Source: a virus (taxonomy: Duplodnaviria; Caudoviricetes). Taken from it: 64,000 nt of DNA. Every line of letters begins with the position of its first letter. Positions within the stretch are counted from its first letter, which is position 1. Location: IMG/VR virus record IMGVR_UViG_3300042885_001472; one strand, 5' to 3'. A model generated the notes under the pieces. The model was not told where the DNA came from. It ran no database searches and saw nothing but the letters and a program-made list of their open reading frames with translations. This document shows, in pieces, positions 18,352 through 29,000 of the stretch. A program made the position numbers and the translations under genes.

Positions 18352-19605
18352 ATGGTCATTAAAATTACAGAATCTCAATTAAAAGTATTAGAAAATTATT
18401 TAAATAATAATATTTTAACAGAAGCACCAATAACGGGTCCTAAAGTTAAAGGTAAAACTAAAGGTAAAACTAAAGGTAAATTTAGTGGTGTTAATTATAA
18501 AAAAATTAAAAAATTTACCACACCAAAATTTTTCGGTAGTGCTACACCAGAAGAACTTATGACTGGTCTTGACCAAGCATTTGAAGGTTTAAAGAAAAAA
18601 TGGCAATTACCAACTATTTTAGAAAAACAAAAAACTTTATTAATAAAAAATGCTTTTGATAAAGGTAAATCTAATTTAGATTATAAAGAAATGACTGATA
18701 GATTAAGTAAATCTATGGACGCTATAGCTAAAGACGCTAAACTAATGGAAAATCCAGAGATTAAAAATTTCTATGGGAAAGTAAAAACTTGGTTAGCTAA
18801 ACCTGGTCGTGAACGTTTGAATACAACCGGTAACCTTATCGTTACAGCTTTACTTGGTAGTGGACTTGACATCTTAATTGAACTCCCTTTTAGAGATAGT
18901 ATTAAAGATGTTACAGTGGCTAAACCATTCCTTAAAACATGGCCTATTGAAAAAAAATTACTTGAGTTATTGAGGACTGAAGGTAGTGAAATAATGATTG
19001 ATGGTACACCAACAACAATAAATTCAGATGACGCTAATAGTAATGCTGAATCAGATATTAAAGTAACAATAACAAAAAGTGGTGAAATTTTTGTTATTGT
19101 TTTAAACCCACCAGCACAAATTGATATGAAACCATTTTCACCATTAAAGTATAATGGTGAAACTTTTTATTATGAAACACCCTCTAATATTAAAATTAAG
19201 ACTTTATTAACCACAGTTGGTAGTAGTATTGAAATTAAAGGTAAAGGTCTACAACAAATAACTGATGAAGATATTAAACATAATAATACTTTAATCCCAA
19301 AAGATATTAATGTCGCTAAAACTATTGTTAAAATAGGAGTTGGGGCTAAAATTAATGGTGTTATTTATAATAATTTTATATGGAATAAAACTACGGAAGA
19401 TTTAACTGCTATAGAAAATAGTAAGTTAACATTTGAAAATACAATAGAAGGTTTTAAAAAATGGCTTATAACACCACAATCTGAAGGTGGTGCTGGTCAA
19501 TCAGAAGATATAGGTAAACCTAGTGGTGAAAAAGATAATTTTATACTTACTTTTAGTGATGGTAAAAAAGAAACTTTTGAATATAAGGATGGTAATTTTA
19601 AATAA
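18352..19605 (+). CDS. Hypothetical protein (LxE family, 417 aa)
   Basis: MVIKITESQLKVLE...ILTEA N-terminus; KGKTKGKTKGK encoded by a 12-bp tandem repeat at 18447-18480. Confidence 0.55.
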   Translation: MVIKITESQLKVLENYLNNNILTEAPITGPKVKGKTKGKTKGKFSGVNYKKIKKFTTPKFFGSATPEELMTGLDQAFEGLKKKWQLPTILEKQKTLLIKNAFDKGKSNLDYKEMTDRLSKSMDAIAKDAKLMENPEIKNFYGKVKTWLAKPGRERLNTTGNLIVTALLGSGLDILIELPFRDSIKDVTVAKPFLKTWPIEKKLLELLRTEGSEIMIDGTPTTINSDDANSNAESDIKVTITKSGEIFVIVLNPPAQIDMKPFSPLKYNGETFYYETPSNIKIKTLLTTVGSSIEIKGKGLQQITDEDIKHNNTLIPKDINVAKTIVKIGVGAKINGVIYNNFIWNKTTEDLTAIENSKLTFENTIEGFKKWLITPQSEGGAGQSEDIGKPSGEKDNFILTFSDGKKETFEYKDGNFK

Positions 19606-19606
19606 T

Positions 19607-19951
19607 ATGGATAAATTATTAGAACAATCAAATACTCTGTCTAAAGAAACATCTGATAAATTTTCTAAACATCAGACTAAAAAACCTTCTACACCTAATG
19701 ATGGGGATAAATTTTCTAAGCATAAGGATAAAAAACCCTCCACCGATAAAACAACTATACCCCCATCACCAGATGGAACGAGTAAGGTAGATCAGAAACC
19801 GACTGTTAAACAGACTCCAAAAACTATGGATGATTATAGACTTTGGATACAATGGTCTCCCACATCTGATGAATTTGAAGATCTTGGTTTCGCAAGAGCA
19901 ATTGAAAAGGCTTATTTTAGTAATGATACTAAACAAGATTATTACAAATAG
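19607..19951 (+). CDS. Small Pro/Lys-rich hypothetical protein (LxE family); ATG 19607 preferred over 19523
   Basis: MDKLLEQ start 1 nt after the upstream stop; DKFSKHxxKKPST duplicated with a 51-nt period (19655, 19706). Confidence 0.5.
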   Translation: MDKLLEQSNTLSKETSDKFSKHQTKKPSTPNDGDKFSKHKDKKPSTDKTTIPPSPDGTSKVDQKPTVKQTPKTMDDYRLWIQWSPTSDEFEDLGFARAIEKAYFSNDTKQDYYK

Positions 19952-20035
19952 GTGTTTTTTTAATATTTACTAAAAAATTTTAATAAGTATATTTATCCTA
20001 CATAATAAATAATATAAAATTAAAGTTTTTAGTAA

Positions 20036-20803
20036 ATGGATCATTTAAAACCAGAAAATCAATTTCAAGAAGAATTAACATCTTATGATGTTATAGAGTT
20101 ACCATCTAATGGTATTCTATATAAAAATAAAATCTCAAAAGCTAAAGTTAGTTATCTTAACGCTTTAGATGAATCAATTCTTACCTCTCCAAATATTATG
20201 AAGAATGGTAAGTTTATTGACATTTTAATCAAACGAAAAGTTAAAGATTTGGGTGGTTTAGATCCATTAGATTTATTATCCGGAGACAGAATGGCCATCA
20301 TTTTATTTTTACGTACAACCGGTTTTGGTCCAATTTATAAAGTTCCAATCACATTAACTGACGGTTCAGATAGAACCGTAATGGGTGAAATTGATTTAAG
20401 TTTAATAAAACCAAAACAATTATTGGCCAAACCAGATGAGAATGGTGAATTTGAATATAAATTACCTATGAGTGGTAAGTTAGTTAAATTTAGACTTTTA
20501 ACCGGTAAAGATGAAAGTGATATTGATTTAAAAGACGAAGCCCATTCAGAGTTTAGTACTGATGGTATTTCTGAAAAATCTAAATTCAGATTAGAATCTA
20601 TGGTTATGGAAATTGATGGTATTAGAGATAAGTTAAAAATTTCTTCTATGTTCCATAAAATACCTTTGGGTGATTCGTTATCCTTAAAAACATATTATAA
20701 TGAAATTGAACCTGGACTAGATTTAAATGTTGAAGTTAGGATTCCCGGGGGTGAGTCCATTAGGAGCTTTCTTCCCATCGGAGCTAATTTTTTCTGGATT
20801 TAA
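20036..20803 (+). CDS. Baseplate hub assembly/tail assembly chaperone (T4 gp26-like; G-type)
   Basis: YDVIELPSNGILY...LLSGDRMAIILFLR...LPMSGKLVKFRLLTGKDE...PIGANFFW; directly upstream of the tape measure. Confidence 0.7.
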   Translation: MDHLKPENQFQEELTSYDVIELPSNGILYKNKISKAKVSYLNALDESILTSPNIMKNGKFIDILIKRKVKDLGGLDPLDLLSGDRMAIILFLRTTGFGPIYKVPITLTDGSDRTVMGEIDLSLIKPKQLLAKPDENGEFEYKLPMSGKLVKFRLLTGKDESDIDLKDEAHSEFSTDGISEKSKFRLESMVMEIDGIRDKLKISSMFHKIPLGDSLSLKTYYNEIEPGLDLNVEVRIPGGESIRSFLPIGANFFWI

Positions 20804-20951
20804 TCTTAATTATCACCAACATTTATTGGATGAAATTTATATGTTGGTAAAACATTGTAATTTTAATTATTCAGATATTTATAAAATGCCTACATATCAA
20901 CGAAAATATTTTTTAGATAAGTTGATTGAGGAACATAATAAAGACGAATAA
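20727..20951 (+). CDS. Tail chaperone second segment (T4 gp51-like / T-type); start uncertain, possibly reached by frameshift
   Basis: LLDEIYMLVKH.NFNYSDIYKMPTYQRKYFLDKL; overlaps the previous ORF in the +1 frame; ends 11 nt before the tape measure. Confidence 0.6.
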   Translation: MLKLGFPGVSPLGAFFPSELIFSGFNLNYHQHLLDEIYMLVKHCNFNYSDIYKMPTYQRKYFLDKLIEEHNKDE

Positions 20952-20962
20952 ATTTAACACAT

Positions 20963-23047
20963 ATGGCAGCCACACCACCGGGAGGTTCAGCGTTTGACGC
21001 ATTAAGTAAATTAACAGATACTTTGGGGGCCGGAGCTACCGCAGTTGCTGGTACTATATCAACTATGGAAGGTACACTTAAAAAATTAATAGGTGCTGCT
21101 GGGAAATATTATAGTTATTGGGAAAAAGTTAATACGAGTACTTTAAATATCACTAAAAATTTTGGTGGTACTTTAAAAAGTTTTAGTACTGCTAATTCAT
21201 ATACAAGATTATTATCAAGTAACTTACAAGAAGCTGGTAGTGAACTAGAACGAATGGGTTCTAGTATAGCTAAATCCGCAGAAGCTATTGGTAAATTATC
21301 AGATAATAGTGGGACTTTTGTTGGTGTTACAACAGAAGCTATTAAAGGTTTTGCGGCATTAAGTGAAAAAATTGGTGACGCAACAGCTGGTGATTTAGCT
21401 AAAGACTTAATTAGTGTTGGTTATAGCCTAGAAAGTTCTAATGAAGTTGTCGCTCAAATGGTTGATAGTTCCCAAAAAATGGGGTTAAATTCTAAGAAAG
21501 TATCTGAAGCGGTTTCATCCAATTTTAAAGCTTTATCTAGGTATACTTTTAAAGGTGGTGCAACAGAAATGGCATCAATGGCACAAAGTTCTGTTATGTT
21601 AGGGGTTAATATGGGAGAAGCCACAAAAAAACTGAAAGATTTAAGAAGTCCAGAAAAAGCTATTGAATTTGCACAACAGATGCAAATGTATGGTGGTACA
21701 ATAGCTCAAGAATTAGGTGATGCTAATGAAATATTACGAATGAGTCATTCTGGGGCTGAAGGACTTAAAGAATATAATTTAAAATTAGCTAAATCAGCAG
21801 CTTCTTTAATGACAAATGTAGATGGGACTTTTCAACTTATTGGGGGAAATCAAGAAATAATGGATGGTCTTATTGAAAAATCTCAAATGACTGCAGATCA
21901 ATTTCAGGATATGGCTCAAAAAATGGCTAAACTTACTGAATTAAGTGGTAAATACAATTTAAATTTACCGACAGAAGATCTAAATGTATTACAAGGATTT
22001 ATTGATTTTAGTAAAAGTAGTGGTGGAAAAATTCAATTAACTGGCGTTGATAAATTAGACGAGCAATTTAAAAAAGACCGTGGTATAGATTCAAAAGGTA
22101 TGATTGATGCTAATAATATTACATCAGAAAATATGGGTGAATTAGTTAAAGCGTTAAAAGAATCCACTAAAGAAAAAGAAAGTAAAGAACCTAAAGACGC
22201 TGTACAAGGAATTAAAGATCAGGTTACAGCGTCAATTAACTTGACAGATCAATTAAGTCGTTTGGGTGGTCAAATTATAGCTTTAACACCAAATGTTGCA
22301 ACCCTAGCTAATAACTCCAAAGTCAATACTGATATAAAAGAAGGTATGAGTTCAATTAAAAAAATTCTTGAAGATACTAAATCTAAAGAAGCCGCCACAG
22401 GACTTATAGATAAAGGTATTAAAGGATTTGAAACAGTAACCACTACTCTAAACACAAGTCTTTCAATAATTGCCGAAAAAATCGCTACCGGTGGTTTTAC
22501 TTTTACAACCGCAGTGACCGCGATGGAAAAAATAGTGACTAAATTTTTAGATATTAAAGCTAAAGGTGGTATGGTTGAATATGGTGATGGAGGTCTTTTT
22601 AATGGTCCCTCCCATAAACAAGGTGGTATTCCGGTAACAACTAAAGGTTCTGGTAACATGTTTGAAGTTGAAGGTGGTGAAGCCATAATCAATAAAAAAT
22701 CCACATCAATGTTTAAACCCCTATTATCTTCAATTAATGAATTAGGTGGTGGAGTTAAATTCGCTAATGGTGGGATATCTTCACCAATGGCCTCCAGAAG
22801 TACCCAAATGGGCTCTAATGGGACTTCTAACATAAATGTAGGTTCTAGTACCCCAATCAATATAAATGTTAATGTAAATGGATCTGTGGCGATTGATGGT
22901 AAAAATTTTAATATTTCTGACGAAGAGAAAGAAAAATTATCAATTAGTATAAAAAATACTTTTATGAGTGAAGTTTTCAGTAATATCACCAAAGGAGAAG
23001 CTTTTACCGGTAAAAAAACTAAACCAAATTACATTTTTAACTCTTAA
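20963..23047 (+). CDS. Tape measure protein (694 aa)
   Basis: Ala/Gly/Ser/Lys-rich helical sequence after the chaperone genes; C-terminal GGLFNGPSHKQGGIPV...EVEGGEAIINKKST motif. Confidence 0.8.
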   Translation: MAATPPGGSAFDALSKLTDTLGAGATAVAGTISTMEGTLKKLIGAAGKYYSYWEKVNTSTLNITKNFGGTLKSFSTANSYTRLLSSNLQEAGSELERMGSSIAKSAEAIGKLSDNSGTFVGVTTEAIKGFAALSEKIGDATAGDLAKDLISVGYSLESSNEVVAQMVDSSQKMGLNSKKVSEAVSSNFKALSRYTFKGGATEMASMAQSSVMLGVNMGEATKKLKDLRSPEKAIEFAQQMQMYGGTIAQELGDANEILRMSHSGAEGLKEYNLKLAKSAASLMTNVDGTFQLIGGNQEIMDGLIEKSQMTADQFQDMAQKMAKLTELSGKYNLNLPTEDLNVLQGFIDFSKSSGGKIQLTGVDKLDEQFKKDRGIDSKGMIDANNITSENMGELVKALKESTKEKESKEPKDAVQGIKDQVTASINLTDQLSRLGGQIIALTPNVATLANNSKVNTDIKEGMSSIKKILEDTKSKEAATGLIDKGIKGFETVTTTLNTSLSIIAEKIATGGFTFTTAVTAMEKIVTKFLDIKAKGGMVEYGDGGLFNGPSHKQGGIPVTTKGSGNMFEVEGGEAIINKKSTSMFKPLLSSINELGGGVKFANGGISSPMASRSTQMGSNGTSNINVGSSTPININVNVNGSVAIDGKNFNISDEEKEKLSISIKNTFMSEVFSNITKGEAFTGKKTKPNYIFNS

Positions 23048-23112
23048 TTTAAAAATTTATTTTTCAAATAGACTTTACTTAGGGTTTTTTGAATTTATAT
23101 ATGGTAAGTGGG

Positions 23113-23200
23113 TTATATAATATAATATTAAATATAATATTAAATGAAACTTTAAAATTAAATATATAATATTAAATGTAATATATAATATAATATGAAA
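23113..23200. repeat. Nearly pure-AT intergenic tract with direct repeats
   Basis: TATAATATTAAAT at 23121, 23133 and 23165; TATATAATATAATAT near 23114 and 23182; inside a 191-nt intergenic gap. Confidence 0.75.
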
Positions 23201-23238
23201 TTTTAAGGTCTTATATATTTATTATTAAATAATAAGAT

Positions 23239-25665
23239 ATGTCATTAAGTTTTTTAGATAGTTCAACAATAAAAGATATTCGGAAGAATATTTTAAAACT
23301 TAACTTAGGTGTTACATTTGACGCCTCTCAAATTGGTTTTGGACAATCTGTTTTTACAGATAGGAGTAAATTTACAACGGTTAATACATTAGATCCAAAT
23401 GTTGTTGATGAACCGAGGGCTCTCGATGATCAAGTTCCATTCAGTTTAAATTTATTAAGAAATAATAAATATCAATCTACTGTTGATGGTTATCGATTAG
23501 TTGATTTAAATTCAAATCCAATTGTTCCATTAGGTAATGAAGGTAAAATTGAATATACTGAATTAGTAGAACCCTATGTTGGAACTACAAATATATTTAA
23601 TGTTAAATCTTTAATTTTAAATAGTAAAATTGGTAGTTACAGAGATACACCAATTGGTTTAATTGGTATTACAGCTTTAGATGGATTATTAAAAGAAAAT
23701 ATCGCTAGTAACATTAATTCATCAACTATCGGTAGATATAATAAAGATCCACTTTCATTATTAAAGGGAAATAGTTTAATAATTCCAGATAGAACAATTA
23801 GTAAATTAGACCCTTCAATTAGTAATATGTTTAACCCCACAAATTTTTTACAGGCTGGGACTGAACTTGTTAATGAGTATTTAGGATATACATCTCCGGT
23901 TAGTACTATACCTAGATCAGCGATTGGTTGGAATGAATGGGTGGCTAAAAAAAGAAGAATTAAAGAACGTGGTAATAGTAAATTCGCCAATTTTTTAGAA
24001 GGTGTTGAAAAAACGACTAATAAATTTAAAGACGTGTTAAATAAACTCGGTGGTAATACTATAGTAAATCTTAGTACGGAAGCCAGAATGGAAGAGTTAT
24101 TGAAATATACTGGACAAGGACAAAAAGAGATTATATTTGAAAATTTATCTCAAAATATGTACCAACCAGGGTATTCATATAGACAATCACTTTTAAAAAA
24201 TAAAACTCTTTCTAATTTCCAGGCCAATAGTATTAAATCTAATTTAATTAATAGAGGTAAAAATGGAGATTCACCAGTATATGGTTTATTAGAAAATAAT
24301 GAACGTTATACTAAGTTTGGAATAAATGGTCTTAATCCAATAACGGATAATGATACTAAATCTGTTTTAAAATCTAATGGGATGGTTAGAATAGCCCCCA
24401 ATAAAGATAAACAAAGTTTAAAAAATTATATGTTTTCTATTGAAAACTTAGCGTGGGCGGATGTACCTGACGCCTTTATGTCCGAAGGGGAAAAAGGTAA
24501 TGGTGACCCAGCTACTGGGTTAAGAGGTAAGATGATGTGGTTTCCACCATATGAATTAAGTATCAGTGAAGATAGTTCAGCGTCTTGGGAACCTCAAGAT
24601 TTTATTGGTAGACCAGAACCAGTGTATAGTTATAACAATACAACTAGGGGTGGTTCATTATCATTTAAAATACTTGTGGATCATCCGTCAATTATTAATC
24701 TTGTTAGAGGGACTCAAGATGATATTTTAGAAAAATATTTTAGTGGTGAAATTGATTATACAACTTTTGATCCCTCAAAAGTTGATGGTTTAACTGAAGA
24801 TCAAAAAAGAAAGGGTCTTAAGGGTATATTTGGTGGTTTAAAAAGACCAAAACTTAATATGGATACACCAACCACTGGAAATGTTGGATTAGATTTCCAG
24901 ATAAATCAGGTCGCTAATTTAACTAAGACATTAGATAACTTAAATAAAAATAAAGCTAAAACAGAAACTAAACCAACGACTTTTTGGAGTGATGTTGAAA
25001 ATAAGTGGTTTAGTGAATTATCCCCTGATCAAAGTATAGCTTTTAAATATTTATCTGAAAAAATACAATATTTTCATCCAGCGTTTCATTCAACATCACC
25101 AGAAGGTTTTAATAGTAGGTTAACATTCTTACAACAATGTGTACGACAAGGACCATCTATAACGGAAAATTCAAGTAATAGTGGTAATTTAGCTTTTGGT
25201 AGACCACCAGTTTGTATATTACGAATAGGTGATTTTTATAATACTAAAATAATTATTGATAGTTTAGGTATTAAATATGATAATGATACTTGGGATTTAA
25301 ATCCGGATGGTATTGGGGTACAACCTATGTTAGCTACAATAACTCTTGGTATTAAATTTATTGGTGGTTCATCACTTACTGGCCCAATTAATAAATTACA
25401 AAACGCGGTTTCATTTAACTTCTTCGCTAACACTGAAGTTTATGAATCAAGATCTAATTTTTGGGCGGATCGTCCACCAGTTTCCGGAGATAAAAAAGCG
25501 GATAGTACCAAAATTTTAAAAAATAGTTTAAGTAATACTGACATAAACAAAGTGGAAATACCTAAAGCTAAATTGGGTGATTCACTTAAAGGTACATTCA
25601 CTGGGAATCAGACCGCACAATCTGACGCAAATTCAATAGCTAATTCTGGGGGTCAACTTTCATAA
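23239..25665 (+). CDS. Baseplate/tail-tube initiator-like protein (808 aa)
   Basis: Follows the tape measure; WFPPYELSISEDSSASW...IGRPEPVYSYNNTTR.GSLSFKILVDHP and GRPPVCILRIGDFYNTKIIIDSL tube-fold-like segments. Confidence 0.55.
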   Translation: MSLSFLDSSTIKDIRKNILKLNLGVTFDASQIGFGQSVFTDRSKFTTVNTLDPNVVDEPRALDDQVPFSLNLLRNNKYQSTVDGYRLVDLNSNPIVPLGNEGKIEYTELVEPYVGTTNIFNVKSLILNSKIGSYRDTPIGLIGITALDGLLKENIASNINSSTIGRYNKDPLSLLKGNSLIIPDRTISKLDPSISNMFNPTNFLQAGTELVNEYLGYTSPVSTIPRSAIGWNEWVAKKRRIKERGNSKFANFLEGVEKTTNKFKDVLNKLGGNTIVNLSTEARMEELLKYTGQGQKEIIFENLSQNMYQPGYSYRQSLLKNKTLSNFQANSIKSNLINRGKNGDSPVYGLLENNERYTKFGINGLNPITDNDTKSVLKSNGMVRIAPNKDKQSLKNYMFSIENLAWADVPDAFMSEGEKGNGDPATGLRGKMMWFPPYELSISEDSSASWEPQDFIGRPEPVYSYNNTTRGGSLSFKILVDHPSIINLVRGTQDDILEKYFSGEIDYTTFDPSKVDGLTEDQKRKGLKGIFGGLKRPKLNMDTPTTGNVGLDFQINQVANLTKTLDNLNKNKAKTETKPTTFWSDVENKWFSELSPDQSIAFKYLSEKIQYFHPAFHSTSPEGFNSRLTFLQQCVRQGPSITENSSNSGNLAFGRPPVCILRIGDFYNTKIIIDSLGIKYDNDTWDLNPDGIGVQPMLATITLGIKFIGGSSLTGPINKLQNAVSFNFFANTEVYESRSNFWADRPPVSGDKKADSTKILKNSLSNTDINKVEIPKAKLGDSLKGTFTGNQTAQSDANSIANSGGQLS

Positions 25666-25685
25666 AAAAATAAAAATAAATTTAA

Positions 25686-26006
25686 ATGGCTGAATATTAC
25701 GATAGATATAATAATTTTAAAATAAATGGTGAGGTAAAACCTTTACCATTCATTAAAATACAACCTAAAAGTACCGATAAAATAATTCCTTTCTTAAAAA
25801 ATAGAGATAGGATGGACAAATTGAGTTTAGCGTATTATAATAACCCATATTATGGTTGGTTAATTATGTCAGCTAACCCTACCTTTGGTGGGTTAGAATT
25901 TGACATACCAAATACTGAATTTATTAGGATACCATTTCCTTTGAATACTAGTATCCAACAATATACGGAACAAATTAATAATTATAAAAGATTAACAGGA
26001 ATTTAG
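25686..26006 (+). CDS. LysM-like baseplate protein (T4 gp53/P2 gpX-like)
   Basis: DRMDKLSLAYYNNPYYGWLIMSANP...IRIP; position before the hub gene. Confidence 0.75.
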   Translation: MAEYYDRYNNFKINGEVKPLPFIKIQPKSTDKIIPFLKNRDRMDKLSLAYYNNPYYGWLIMSANPTFGGLEFDIPNTEFIRIPFPLNTSIQQYTEQINNYKRLTGI

Positions 26007-26009
26007 TGA

Positions 26010-29000
26010 ATGGTTGAAGCTAGTAAAATAGGGGTTAGTAATGGTGCGTCAATAACAGTAGTTGATCCAAATCCAAGTGGAAGTGGGATTATACCTATGG
26101 AGGATTTATTCATTTACGTTAGTTTACGAATAAAACCAAAAAGTAGAAGTGTTTTAGAAGTTACTGGGAGAGTTAATGATATTAATAATGAAGAGGGTGT
26201 TGTTTTAAATCTTATTGGTACTAAAACTGATGATCCACTAAAAAATGAGTATATGACAACGGATTGGTCTAATACTGGTGGACCACTTGGGGGTAGAAAA
26301 AATAATGAAACATTTGGTATTAAAAGTATTAGTATTAGTTATGGTGCTGATTTATTACCAGTTGTTAATATGACATTTATTGATGTTAAAGGAGCTTCAT
26401 TTTTTGATGGTTTTGAAAAAACTAGTACTACCGGTATTAAATCAAATAATTCTGATTTTTCATCATTTTTTAAAATCCCATACCCAATATTTGAACTAAC
26501 AGTTAAAGGTTATTATGGCAAAGCTGTTAAATATTATCTTAATATGACTAAATGGACAGCCGCTTTTTCTGAAGGAAACTTTGAAATTAAGGCTAGCTTC
26601 CTTGGATATAGTACATCATTCTTTTCAGATATATTAATGGATCATGTTAGAGCTATTGTTGAAACAGATAGTGGACGAATTGAATTAAAAAAAGTTTTTA
26701 AAAATAAAGATGTTGTTACAATAAATGAAATGTTGAGAAACATTGGTAATGTTGGTAAATACCTTGAAGATATAAAAGCTAAAAATAATAAACAAAATGA
26801 CCAAGGGTATGGTGAATTAATTAATTTAAATGAAACCTTAAGTAGTTTATCAAACATTAGAAATAAAATTGGGATACCAATACAAAAGTTAACATCAAGT
26901 GATGTAGATTATTTTAAATTGGAAGGACCATATATTAGTTATGATGGGTTATCCCCAAGAAGTAATATATTCGCTTTTAGAGATATAATACTAATACCAA
27001 ATGGTAATGGTAAAACTTTAGAAACATATAATAAATTTAGGGATGATATTGTATCACAAATGAAAAAATATGATGAAAGTTTACAATTAATTGGTGGTGG
27101 TAAATATACTGATAGTTATGGTATATCAAAAAATAGCGGTAAAAAAATTGATGAAATTTTTCCTATTTTAAAAGAAAGTAATGAAGATGTTAAAACTGTT
27201 GTAACATCTATTAATAAAATTTTAGTTGAAGGTACTAATGGTAGACCAAAAGATGAGGGTTATATTAAAAGTGAAGAGTATTCAAAACCACCATTTGAAT
27301 TTACAGGAGTAACTGATACAATAAAAATTGACGAAAAAGCTAACATGTATGATTTTTATAAAATTAGAGATGTAGTTAACCAAATTTATAATAATTTAAT
27401 TGAAAAAAGGAAGAATTTTGCTGATGAGGTTACTGAGAAAATAAATAAAGAAATCAGTAAAAAAATTGGTTTCAATCCTTCTGTTGGGGATGTTTTTGAA
27501 ATTCTATGTAATAATGTTGAAGCTTATATAAATACAATTTATACTGTTTCTTTAAATGCTGAAAATAAAAATGATGGTAGGGTTGCTGCTTTTAATGGTA
27601 TTGAAAGTGATACTACTAGTAAAAGTGATAAAAACAATAAGGATAAAAGGATATATCCTTGGCCAATGGTTTATGTAGATGATGTTGAAAAATATATTGG
27701 TGATGTTAAAAATATTAGTTCTAAAGAAGAAGCCTTCCCAGAAATAATGTTTGTTGAAGAAATAATCGCCGCTCAAATAAAAGAAAATGATAAAACTAAT
27801 GAGATTGTAATACCATTACCTAATAGTAAAAGATCATTTCCAATTAATCCAGCGGATTTTGCGAATACGTTAGATCCATACCCATTTAATGTGTCAAATG
27901 CTAATCCAAGAGTTTTAGATAATTTATTATCAAGTATAATTAATAGAGCCGTAATTAGTTATGATTATAGTTGTTTAAAAGATAATATTAATGATATTGC
28001 TAAATTAGAAGCTGCAGCTCTATTTAGTAGTATTTTTGATAATATTGATAGAAATGCTATTAACAGATATTTGGAAAATAATAAATTGAATTATTTTGGA
28101 ATACCAACTGTTAAAAAAAATCTATCAATAACTAAAACTGGTTCAACATATTATTTTGGTGAAACATTAGATTTAAATGATACTTATAAAAATATTTCAA
28201 GTACAATTATAGATTCAAAAACTATATTTTTTGATACATCAATTAGTATTTCACCATTAACTAGTAGATTTTTAAATCAAAATAATTATGATTTAATAAC
28301 TAATGTTAAAAATAGTTTAGGTGAAAAAAATGTTAGTGATGTATTTACACCAAAAAAAGGTGACATGGAGTTTAATACAACTTATTATAGTGTTGAACAA
28401 AATTTAACAAAAATGTGTTGGGATGATTCTGTATTGGGTGGTAAATCATATCCCCAAACAGATAAACTTTTAGAATATGTTGGTAAAGTTAAAGATGGTA
28501 TAACACAAAAAATTTATAATTTATCTCAGTCACCTTCTTATTTAAACTATTCTTCAACTACAGTGACACAAACACTATATAATGATTTACCTGAAAATCA
28601 ATTTAAGGGTATGATGATATTATCAACTTACCCATTTAAAGGAATCGATAAATTAGTAGAAAATTTAACTGATATAAGTAAGGTTGTTAACGTACCATTC
28701 CCATATTTAGCGTGGATTGGGGCTCAAATGAAACGACAAGAATTATTTATTAAGAATAATGATGTTGATTTAATTAAGTCATGGTTTAATGTAAATAATG
28801 AGTTCTCCCCGGACCAAATAGGTGATAAAAACGATTATTTATGGTTAAGTAGTAAAACAAATAATAAAGGTAAATTACCAACACCATTTAATGATTATAC
28901 TTTATTTAACCCTAATATAAATCAAGTCTTTATTACTGTTTTTGAAAATTGGTGTACTTTAGCCAATGAGTGTGGTCTTATTGATTATTATGATGGTCCA

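Noticed and set aside
23113-23200. CRISPR array
   Set aside because: Repeats are short, adjacent and AT-only with no unique spacers; no repeat-spacer array or cas gene was seen in the window.
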